Source: Auanema rhodensis (lineage: Eukaryota; Animalia; Nematoda). From it: a stretch of 64,000 bases of DNA. The stretch is taken from assembly GCA_964057225.1 (NCBI GenBank), contig OZ059896.1, positions 372,001-436,000 on the forward strand, in the 5' to 3' direction. The first letter of the stretch is position 1, and every line of letters starts with the position of its first letter. Positions 1-11,792 of the stretch are shown piece by piece. The position numbers and the translations under genes are program-made. The notes beneath the pieces were generated by a model. It was not told the DNA's origin and did no database searches. It was given only the letters and a program-made list of their open reading frames with translations.

Positions 1-61
1 TTTGTTTTTAGACTAATATGGACATGGGGAATCTAATTTTGAAAACCGCATCTCTTTATCT

Positions 62-101
62 TTCACGTGAAGCGAGTTACATACCAAGTGCACATCACGT
101 G
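62..101. other. Pair of CACGTG (E-box/G-box) motifs per monomer: TTCACGTGAA (62-71) and ATCACGTG (94-101); shown for monomer 1, repeated every 176 bp
   Basis: The motifs are read directly from the sequence. Protein binding is not demonstrated, and the confidence reflects functional relevance. Confidence 0.4.
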
Positions 102-144
102 TACATTTAATTAGCATAAATTAAAGTTCACGTAAATTTCAAAG

Positions 145-159
145 TCATGGTTACCATGA
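145..159. repeat. Interrupted palindrome TCATGGT-T-ACCATGA (contains BstEII GGTNACC); shown for monomer 1, repeated every 176 bp
   Basis: Positions 146-151 pair with 153-158 around a 1-nt centre. The dyad extends to 145/159 when position 159 is A. Confidence 0.9.
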
Positions 160-1056
160 ACCAATATCAATAAAAATTTGTTTTTAGACTAATATGGACA
201 TGGGGAATCTAATTTTGAAAACCGCATCTCTTTATCTTTCACGTGAAGCGAGTTACATACCAAGTGCACATCACGTGTACATTTAATTAGCATAAATTAA
301 AGTTCACGTAAATTTCAAAGTCATGGTTACCATGAAGCAATATCAATAAAAATTTGTTTTTAGACTAATATGGACATGGGAAATCTAATTTTGAAAACCG
401 CATCTCTTTATCTTTCACGTGAAGCGAGTTACATACCAAGTGCACATCACGTGTACATTTAATTAGCATAAATTAAAGTTCACGTAAATTTCAAAGTCAT
501 GGTTACCATGAACCAATATCAATAAAAATTTGTTTTTAGACTAATATGGACATGGGGAATCTAATTTTGAAAACCGCATCTCTTTATCTTTCACGTGAAG
601 CGAGTTACATACCAAGTGCACATCACGTGTACATTTAATTAGCATAAATTAAAGTTCACGTAAATTTCAAAGTCATGGTTACCATGCACCAATATCAATA
701 AAAATTGGTTTTTAGACTAATATTGACATGGGGAATCTAATTTTGAAAACCGCATCTCTTTATCTTTCACGTGAAGCGAGTTACATACCAAGTGCACATC
801 ACGTGTACATTTAATTAGCATAAATTAAAGTTCACGTAAATTTCAAAGTCATGGTTACCATGCACAAATATCAATAAAAATTTGTTTTTAGACTAATATG
901 GACATGGGGAATCTAATTTTGAAAACCGCATCTCTTTATCTTTCACGTGAAGCGAGTTACATACCAAGTGCACATCACGTGTACATTTAATTAGCATAAA
1001 TTAAAGTTCACGTAAATTTCAAAGTTATGGTTACCATGCACCAATATCAATAAAAA

Positions 1057-4000
1057 TTTGTTTTTAGACTAATATGGACATGGGGAATCTAATTTTGAAA
1101 ACCGCATCTCTTTATCTTTCACGTGAAGCGAGTTACATACCAAGTGCACATCACGTGTACATTTATTTAGCATAAATTAAAGTTCACGTAAATTTCAAAG
1201 TCATGGTTACCATGAAGCAATATCAATAAAAATTCGTTTTTAGACTAATATGGACATGGGGAATCTAATTTTGAAAACCGCATCTCTTTATCTTTCACGT
1301 GAAGCGAGTTACATACCAAGTGCACATCACGTGTACATTTAATTAGCATAAATTAAAGTTCACGTAAATTTCAAAGTCATGGTTACCATGAAGCAATATC
1401 AATAAAAATTTGTTTTTAGACTAATATGGACATGGGAAATCTAATTTTGAAAACCGCATCTCTTTATCTTTCACGTGAAGCGAGTTACATACCAAGTGCA
1501 CATCACGTGTACATTTAATTAGCATAAATTAAAGTTCACGTAAATTTCAAAGTCATGGTTACCATGCACCAATATCAATAAAAATTTGTTTTTAGACTAA
1601 TATGGACATGGGGAATCTAATTTTGAAAACCGCATCTCTTTATCTTTCACGTGAAGCGAGTTACATACCAAGTGCACATCACGTGTACATTTAATTAGCA
1701 TAAATTAAAGTTCACGTAAATTTCAAAGTCATGGTTACCATGAACCAATATCAATAAAAATTTGTTTTTAGACTAATATGGACATGGGGAATCTAATTTT
1801 GAAAACCGCATCTCTTTATCTTTCACGTGAAGCGAGTTACATACCAAGTGCACATCACGTGTACATTTAATTAGCATAAATTAAAGTTCACGTAAATTTC
1901 AAAGTCATGGTTACCATGCACCAATATCACTAAAAATTTGTTTTTAGACTAATATGGACATGGGGAATCTAATTTTGAAAACCGCATCTCTTTATCTTTC
2001 ACGTGAAGCGAGTTACATACCAAGTGCACATCACGTGTACATTTAATTAGCATAAATTAAAGTTCACGTAAATTTCAAAGTCATGGTTACCATGAACCAA
2101 TATCAAAAAAAATTTGTTTTTAGACTAATATGGACATGGGGAATCTAATTTTGAAAACCGCATCTCTTTATCTTTCACGTGAAGCGAGTTACATACCAAG
2201 TGCACATCACGTGTACATTTAATTAGCATAGATTAAAGTTCACGTAAATTTCAAAGTCATGGTTACCATGAACCAATATCAATAAAAATTTGTTTTTAGA
2301 CTAATATGGACATGGGGAATCTAATTTTGAAAACCGCATCTCTTTATCTTTCACGTGAAGCGAGTTACATACCAAGTGCACATCACGTGTACATTTAATT
2401 AGCATAAATTAAAGTTCACGTAAATTTCAAAGTCATGGTTACCATGCACCAATATCAATAAAAATTTGTTTTTAGACTAATATGGACATGGGGAATCTAA
2501 TTTTGAAAACCGCATCTCTTTATCTTTCACGTGAAGCGAGTTACATACCAAGTGCACATCACGTGTACATTTAATTAGCATAAATTAAAGTTCACGTAAA
2601 TTTCAAAGTCATGGTTACCATGAACCAATATCAAAAAAAATTTGTTTTTAGACTAATATGGACATGGGGAATCTAATTTTGAAAACCGCATCTCTTTATC
2701 TTTCACGTGAAGCGAGTTACATACCAAGTGCACATCACGTGTACATTTAATTAGCATAAATTAAAGTTCACGTAAATTTCAAAGTCATGGTTACCATGAA
2801 CCAATATCAATAAAAATTTGTTTTTAGACTAATATGGACATGGGGAATCTAATTTTGAAAACCGCATCTCTTTATCTTTCACGTGAAGCGAGTTACATAC
2901 CAAGTGCACATCACGTGTACATTTAATTAGCATAAATTAAAGTTCACGTAAATTTCAAAGTCATGGTTACCATGCACCAATATCAATAAAAATTTGTTTT
3001 TAGACTAATATGGACATGGGGAATCTAATTTTGAAAACCGCATCTCTTTATCTTTCACGTGAAGCGAGTTACATACCAAGTGCACATCACGTGTACATTT
3101 ATTTAGCATAAATTAAAGTTCACGTAAATTTCAAAGTCATGGTTACCATGAAGCAATATCAATAAAAATTCGTTTTTAGACTAATATGGACATGGGGAAT
3201 CTAATTTTGAAAACCGCATCTCTTTATCTTTCACGTGAAGCGAGTTACATACCAAGTGCACATCACGTGTACATTTAATTAGCATAAATTAAAGTTCACG
3301 TAAATTTCAAAGTCATGGTTACCATGAAGCAATATCAATAAAAATTTGTTTTTAGACTAATATGGACATGGGAAATCTAATTTTGAAAACCGCATCTCTT
3401 TATCTTTCACGTGAAGCGAGTTACATACCAAGTGCACATCACGTGTACATTTAATTAGCATAAATTAAAGTTCACGTAAATTTCAAAGTCATGGTTACCA
3501 TGCACCAATATCAATAAAAATTTGTTTTTAGACTAATATGGACATGGGGAATCTAATTTTGAAAACCGCATCTCTTTATCTTTCACGTGAAGCGAGTTAC
3601 ATACCAAGTGCACATCACGTGTACATTTAATTAGCATAAATTAAAGTTCACGTAAATTTCAAAGTCATGGTTACCATGAACCAATATCAATAAAAATTTG
3701 TTTTTAGACTAATATGGACATGGGGAATCTAATTTTGAAAACCGCATCTCTTTATCTTTCACGTGAAGCGAGTTACATACCAAGTGCACATCACGTGTAC
3801 ATTTAATTAGCATAAATTAAAGTTCACGTAAATTTCAAAGTCATGGTTACCATGCACCAATATCACTAAAAATTTGTTTTTAGACTAATATGGACATGGG
3901 GAATCTAATTTTGAAAACCGCATCTCTTTATCTTTCACGTGAAGCGAGTTACATACCAAGTGCACATCACGTGTACATTTAATTAGCATAAATTAAAGTT

Positions 4001-4928
4001 CACGTAAATTTCAAAGTCATGGTTACCATGAACCAATATCAAAAAAAATTTGTTTTTAGACTAATATGGACATGGGGAATCTAATTTTGAAAACCGCATC
4101 TCTTTATCTTTCACGTGAAGCGAGTTACATACCAAGTGCACATCACGTGTACATTTAATTAGCATAAATTAAAGTTCACGTAAATTTCAAAGTCATGGTT
4201 ACCATGAACCAATATCAATAAAAATTTGTTTTTAGACTAATATGGACATGGGGAATCTAATTTTGAAAACCGCATCTCTTTATCTTTCACGTGAAGCGAG
4301 TTACATACCAAGTGCACATCACGTGTACATTTAATTAGCATAAATTAAAGTTCACGTAAATTTCAAAGTCATGGTTACCATGCACCAATATCAATAAAAA
4401 TTTGTTTTTAGACTAATATGGACATGGGGAATCTAATTTTGAAAACCGCATCTCTTTATCTTTCACGTGAAGCGAGTTACATACCAAGTGCACATCACGT
4501 GTACATTTAATTAGCATAAATTAAAGTTCACGTAAATTTCAAAGTCATGGTTACCATGAACCAATATCAAAAAAAATTTGTTTTTAGACTAATATGGACA
4601 TGGGGAATCTAATTTTGAAAACCGCATCTCTTTATCTTTCACGTGAAGCGAGTTACATACCAAGTGCACATCACGTGTACATTTAATTAGCATAAATTAA
4701 AGTTCACGTAAATTTCAAAGTCATGGTTACCATGAACCAATATCAATAAAAATTTGTTTTTAGACTAATATGGACATGGGGAATCTAATTTTGAAAACCG
4801 CATCTCTTTATCTTTCACGTGAAGCGAGTTACATACCAAGTGCACATCACGTGTACATTTAATTAGCATAAATTAAAGTTCACGTAAATTTCAAAGTCAT
4901 GGTTACCATGCACCAATATCAATAAAAA
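1057..4928 (+). repeat. Tandem duplication of an 11-monomer block (1,936 bp): n7-17 (1057-2992) and n18-28 (2993-4928)
   Basis: Both copies share the variant order A110T+aagc, T3C+aagc, G29A+cacc, aacc, A170C, T171A, aacc, cacc, T171A, aacc, cacc. The only difference seen is A119G at 2231. Confidence 0.9.
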
Positions 4929-7900
4929 TTTGTTTTTAGACTAATATGGACATGGGGAATCTAATTTTGAAAACCGCATCTCTTTATCTTTCACGTGAAG
5001 CGAGTTACATACCAAGTGCACATCACGTGTACATTTAATTAGCATAAATTAAAGTTCACGTAAATTTCAAAGTCATGGTTACCATGCACCAATATCAATA
5101 AAAATTTGTTTTTAGACTAATATGGACATGGGGAATCTAATTTTGAAAACCGCATCTCTTTATCTTTCACGTGAAGCGAGTTACATACCAAGTGCACATC
5201 ACGTGTACATTTAATTAGCATAAATTAAAGTTCACGTAAATTTCAAAGTCATGGTTACCATGAACCAATATCAAAAAAAATTTGTTTTTAGACTAATATG
5301 GACATGGGGAATCTAATTTTGAAAACCGCATCTCTTTATCTTTCACGTGAAGCGAGTTACATACCAAGTGCACATCACGTGTACATTTAATTAGCATAAA
5401 TTAAAGTTCACGTAAATTTCAAAGTCATGGTTACCATGCACAAATATCAATAAAAATTTGTTTTTAGACTAATATGGACATGGGGAATCTAATTTTGAAA
5501 ACCGCATCTCTTTATCTTTCACGTGAAGCGAGTTACATACCAAGTGCACATCACGTGTACATTTAATTAGCATAAATTAAAGTTCACGTAAATTTCAAAG
5601 TTATGGTTACCATGCACCAATATCAATAAAAATTTGTTTTTAGACTAATATGGACATGGGGAATCTAATTTTGAAAACCGCATCTCTTTATCTTTCACGT
5701 GAAGCGAGTTACATACCAAGTGCACATCACGTGTACATTTATTTAGCATAAATTAAAGTTCACGTAAATTTCAAAGTCATGGTTACCATGAAGCAATATC
5801 AATAAAAATTTGTTTTTAGACTAATATGGACATGGGGAATCTAATTTTGAAAACCGCATCTCTTTATCTTTCACGTGAAGCGAGTTACATACCAAGTGCA
5901 CATCACGTGTACATTTAATTAGCATAAATTAAAGTTCACGTAAATTTCAAAGTCATGGTTACCATGAAGCAATATCAATAAAAATTTGTTTTTAGACTAA
6001 TATGGACATGGGAAATCTAATTTTGAAAACCGCATCTCTTTATCTTTCACGTGAAGCGAGTTACATACCAAGTGCACATCACGTGTACATTTAATTAGCA
6101 TAAATTAAAGTTCACGTAAATTTCAAAGTCATGGTTACCATGCACCAATATCAATAAAAATTTGTTTTTAGACTAATATGGACATGGGGAATCTAATTTT
6201 GAAAACCGCATCTCTTTATCTTTCACGTGAAGCGAGTTACATACCAAGTGCACATCACGTGTACATTTAATTAGCATAAATTAAAGTTCACGTAAATTTC
6301 AAAGTCATGGTTACCATGAACCAATATCAATAAAAATTTGTTTTTAGACTAATATGGACATGGGGAATCTAATTTTGAAAACCGCATTTCTTTATCTTTC
6401 ACGTGAAGCGAGTTACATACCAAGTGCACATCACGTGTACATTTAATTAGCATAAATTAAAGTTCACGTAAATTTCAAAGTCATGGTTACCATGCACCAA
6501 TATCACTAAAAATTTGTTTTTAGACTAATATGGACATGGGGAATCTAATTTTGAAAACCGCATCTCTTTATCTTTCACGTGAAGCGAGTTACATACCAAG
6601 TGCACATCACGTGTACATTTAATTAGCATAAATTAAAGTTCACGTAAATTTCAAAGTCATGGTTACCATGCACCAATATCAATAAAAATTTGTTTTTAGA
6701 CTAATATGGACATGGGGAATCTAATTTTGAAAACCGCATCTCTTTATCTTTCACGTGAAGCGAGTTACATACCAAGTGCACATCACGTGTACATTTAATT
6801 AGCATAAATTAAAGTTCACGTAAATTTCAAAGTCATGGTTACCATGAACCAATATCAATAAAAATTTGTTTTTAGACTAATATGGACATGGGAAATCTAA
6901 TTTTGAAAACCGCATCTCTTTATCTTTCACGTGAAGCGAGTTACATACCAAGTGCACATCACGTGTACATTTAATTAGCATAAATTAAAGTTCACGTAAA
7001 TTTCAAAGCCATGGTTACCATGAACCAATATCAATAAAAATTTGTTTTTAGACTAATATGGACATGGGGAATCTAATTTTGAAAACCGCATCTCTTTATC
7101 TTTCACGTGAAGCGAGTTACATACCAAGTGCACATCACGTGTACATTTAATTAGCATAAATTAAAGTTCACGTAAATTTCAAAGTCATGGTGACCATGCA
7201 CCAATATCAATAAAAATTTGTTTTTAGACTAATATGGACATGGGGAATCTAATTTTGAAAACCGCATCTCTTTATCTTTCACGTGAAGCGAGTTACATAC
7301 CAAGTGCACATCACGTGTACATTTAATTAGCATAAATTAAAGTTCACGTAAATTTCAAAGTTATGGTTACCATGCACCAATATCAATAAAAATTTGTTTT
7401 TAGACTAATATGGACATGGGGAATCTAATTTTGAAAACCGCATCTCTTTATCTTTCACGTGAAGCGAGTTACATACCAAGTGCACATCACGTGTACATTT
7501 AATTAGCATAAATTAAAGTTCACGTAAATTTCAAAGTCATGGTTACCATGCACCAATATCAATAAAAACTTGTTTTTAGACTAATATGGACATGGGAAAT
7601 CTAATTTTGAAAACCGCATCTCTTTATCTTTCACGTGAAGCGAGTTACATACCAAGTGCACATCACGTGTACATTTAATTAGCATAAATTAAAGTTCACG
7701 TAAATTTCAAAGTCATGGTTACCATGAACCAATATCAATAAAAATTTGTTTTTAGACTAATATGGACATGGGGAATCTAATTTTGAAAACCGCATCTCTT
7801 TATCTTTCACGTGAAGCGAGTTACATACCAAGTGCACATCACGTGTACATTTAATTAGCATAAATTAAAGTTCACGTAAATTTCAAAGTCATGGTTACCA

Positions 7901-10900
7901 TGCACCAATATCAATAAAAATTTGTTTTTAGACTAATATGGACATGGGGAATCTAATTTTGAAAACCGCATCTCTTTATCTTTCACGTGAAGCGAGTTAC
8001 ATACCAAGTGCACATCACGTGTACATTTAATTAGCATAAATTAAAGTTCACGTAAATTTCAAAGTCATGGTTACCATGAACCAATATCAAAAAAAAATTG
8101 TTTTTAGACTAATATGGACATGGGGAATCTAATTTTGAAAACCGCATCTCTTTATCTTTCACGTGAAGCGAGTTACATACCAAGTGCACATCACGTGTAC
8201 ATTTAATTAGCATAAATTAAAGTTCACGTAAATTTCAAAGTCATGGTTACCATGAACCAATATCAATAAAAATTTGTTTTTAGACTAATATGGACATGGG
8301 GAATCTAATTTTGAAAACCGCATCTCTTTATCTTTCACGTGAAGCGAGTTACATACCAAGTGCACATCACGTGTACATTTAATTAGCATAAATTAAAGTT
8401 CACGTAAATTTCAAAGTCATGGTTACCATGCACCAATATCAATAAAAATTTGTTTTTAGACTAATATGGACATGGGGAATCTAATTTTGAAAACCGCATC
8501 TCTTTATCTTTCACGTGAAGCGAGTTACATACCAAGTGCACATCACGTGTACATTTAATTAGCATAAATTAAAGTTCACGTAAATTTCAAAGTCATGGTT
8601 ACCATGCACCAATATCAATAAAAATTTGTTTTTAGACTAATATGGACATGGGGAATCTAATTTTGAAAACCGCATCTCTTTATCTTTCACGTGAAGCGAG
8701 TTACATACCAAGTGCACATCACGTGTACATTTAATTAGCATAAATTAAAGTTCACGTAAATTTCAAAGTCATGGTTACCATGAACCAATATCAAAAAAAA
8801 TTTGTTTTTAGACTAATATGGACATGGGGAATCTAATTTTGAAAACCGCATCTCTTTATCTTTCACGTGAAGCGAGTTACATACCAAGTGCACATCACGT
8901 GTACATTTAATTAGCATAAATTAAAGTTCACGTAAATTTCAAAGTCATGGTTACCATGCACAAATATCAATAAAAATTTGTTTTTAGACTAATATGGACA
9001 TGGGGAATCTAATTTTGAAAACCGCATCTCTTTATCTTTCACGTGAAGCGAGTTACATACCAAGTGCACATCACGTGTACATTTAATTAGCATAAATTAA
9101 AGTTCACGTAAATTTCAAAGTTATGGTTACCATGCACCAATATCAATAAAAATTTGTTTTTAGACTAATATGGACATGGGGAATCTAATTTTGAAAACCG
9201 CATCTCTTTATCTTTCACGTGAAGCGAGTTACATACCAAGTGCACATCACGTGTACATTTATTTAGCATAAATTAAAGTTCACGTAAATTTCAAAGTCAT
9301 GGTTACCATGAAGCAATATCAATAAAAATTTGTTTTTAGACTAATATGGACATGGGGAATCTAATTTTGAAAACCGCATCTCTTTATCTTTCACGTGAAG
9401 CGAGTTACATACCAAGTGCACATCACGTGTACATTTAATTAGCATAAATTAAAGTTCACGTAAATTTCAAAGTCATGGTTACCATGAAGCAATATCAATA
9501 AAAATTTGTTTTTAGACTAATATGGACATGGGAAATCTAATTTTGAAAACCGCATCTCTTTATCTTTCACGTGAAGCGAGTTACATACCAAGTGCACATC
9601 ACGTGTACATTTAATTAGCATAAATTAAAGTTCACGTAAATTTCAAAGTCATGGTTACCATGCACCAATATCAATAAAAATTTGTTTTTAGACTAATATG
9701 GACATGGGGAATCTAATTTTGAAAACCGCATCTCTTTATCTTTCACGTGAAGCGAGTTACATACCAAGTGCACATCACGTGTACATTTAATTAGCATAAA
9801 TTAAAGTTCACGTAAATTTCAAAGTCATGGTTACCATGAACCAATATCAATAAAAATTTGTTTTTAGACTAATATGGACATGGGGAATCTAATTTTGAAA
9901 ACCGCATTTCTTTATCTTTCACGTGAAGCGAGTTACATACCAAGTGCACATCACGTGTACATTTAATTAGCATAAATTAAAGTTCACGTAAATTTCAAAG
10001 TCATGGTTACCATGCACCAATATCACTAAAAATTTGTTTTTAGACTAATATGGACATGGGGAATCTAATTTTGAAAACCGCATCTCTTTATCTTTCACGT
10101 GAAGCGAGTTACATACCAAGTGCACATCACGTGTACATTTAATTAGCATAAATTAAAGTTCACGTAAATTTCAAAGTCATGGTTACCATGCACCAATATC
10201 AATAAAAATTTGTTTTTAGACTAATATGGACATGGGGAATCTAATTTTGAAAACCGCATCTCTTTATCTTTCACGTGAAGCGAGTTACATACCAAGTGCA
10301 CATCACGTGTACATTTAATTAGCATAAATTAAAGTTCACGTAAATTTCAAAGTCATGGTTACCATGAACCAATATCAAAAAAAATTTGTATTTAGACTAA
10401 TATGGACATGGAAAATCTAATTTTGAAAACCGCATCTCTTTATCTTTCACGTGAAGCGAGTTACATACCAAGTGCACATCACGTGTACATTTAATTAGCA
10501 TAAATTAAAGTTCACGTAAATTTCAAAGTCATGGTTACCATGCACCAATATCAATAAAAATTTGTATTTAGACTAATATGGACATGGAAAATCTAATTTT
10601 GAAAACCGCATCTCTTTATCTTTCACGTGAAGCGAGTTACATACCAAGTGCACATCACGTGTACATTTAATTAGCATAAATTAAAGTTCACGTAAATTTC
10701 AAAGTCATGGTTACCATGCACCAATATCAATAAAAATTTGTATTTAGACTAATATGGACATGGGAAATCTAATTTTGAAAACCGCATCTCTTTATCTTTC
10801 ACGTGAAGCGAGTTACATACCAAGTGCACATCACGTGTACATTTAATTAGCATAAATTAAAGTTCACGTAAATTTCAAAGTCATGGTTACCATGCACCAA

Positions 10901-11792
10901 TATCACTAAAAATTTGTTTTTAGACTAATATGGACATGGGGAATCTAATTTTGAAAACCGCATCTCTTTATCTTTCACGTGAAGCGAGTTACATACCAAG
11001 TGCACATCACGTGTACATTTAATTAGCATAAATTAAAGTTCACGTAAATTTCAAAGCCATGGTTACCATGAACCAATATCAATAAAAATTTGTTTTTAGA
11101 CTAATATGGACATGGGGAATCTAATTTTGAAAACCGCATCTCTTTATCTTTCACGTGAAGCGAGTTACATACCAAGTGCACATCACGTGTACATTTAATT
11201 AGCATAAATTAAAGTTCACGTAAATTTCAAAGTCATGGTGACCATGCACCAATATCAATAAAAATTTGTTTTTAGACTAATATGGACATGGGGAATCTAA
11301 TTTTGAAAACCGCATCTCTTTATCTTTCACGTGAAGCGAGTTACATACCAAGTGCACATCACGTGTACATTTAATTAGCATAAATTAAAGTTCACGTAAA
11401 TTTCAAAGTTATGGTTACCATGCACCAATATCAATAAAAATTTGTTTTTAGACTAATATGGACATGGGGAATCTAATTTTGAAAACCGCATCTCTTTATC
11501 TTTCACGTGAAGCGAGTTACATACCAAGTGCACATCACGTGTACATTTAATTAGCATAAATTAAAGTTCACGTAAATTTCAAAGTCATGGTTACCATGCA
11601 CCAATATCAATAAAAACTTGTTTTTAGACTAATATGGACATGGGAAATCTAATTTTGAAAACCGCATCTCTTTATCTTTCACGTGAAGCGAGTTACATAC
11701 CAAGTGCACATCACGTGTACATTTAATTAGCATAAATTAAAGTTCACGTAAAATTCAAAGTCATGGTTACCATGCACCAATATCAATAAAAA
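4225..11792 (+). repeat. Approx. 20-monomer tandem duplication: n25-44 (4225-7744) and n45-67 (7745-11792), the second copy carrying 3 extra monomers
   Basis: n25-38 match n45-58 at offset 3,520 bp (caca, C146T, A110T, G29A, C52T+A170C in order). n40-44 (T145C, T152G, C146T, plain, T1C+G29A) match n63-67 at an offset of 23 monomers. n60-62 (T6A) are extra. Confidence 0.85.

Noticed and set aside
18-110. 30-codon + strand ORF in each monomer (MDMGNLILKTASLYLSREASYIPSAHHVYI*; 33 aa in A110T monomers)
   Set aside because: It is short enough to arise by chance and has no recognisable similarity. Variants hit the start codon (G20T, G20A) and show no synonymous bias. 176 is not a multiple of 3, and stops block any multi-monomer ORF.
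13-117. 34-codon - strand ORF per monomer
   Set aside because: Chance-length ORF in satellite DNA with no supporting coding signal.
169-174. AATAAA polyadenylation-like signal in each monomer
   Set aside because: Expected by chance in AT-rich DNA, disrupted by several variants, and there is no transcript evidence.
1-176. Tandem 5S rRNA, tRNA, snRNA or spliced-leader gene unit, or MITE/LTR-derived unit
   Set aside because: I see no recognisable RNA gene sequence or Pol III A/B/C boxes, and no terminal inverted repeats with target-site duplications.
1233-1249. Possible CENP-B box created by T3C (TTCG...)
   Set aside because: The motif needs TTCGNNNNANNCGGG. The sequence reads ttcgtttttagacta, lacking both the A and the CGGG.
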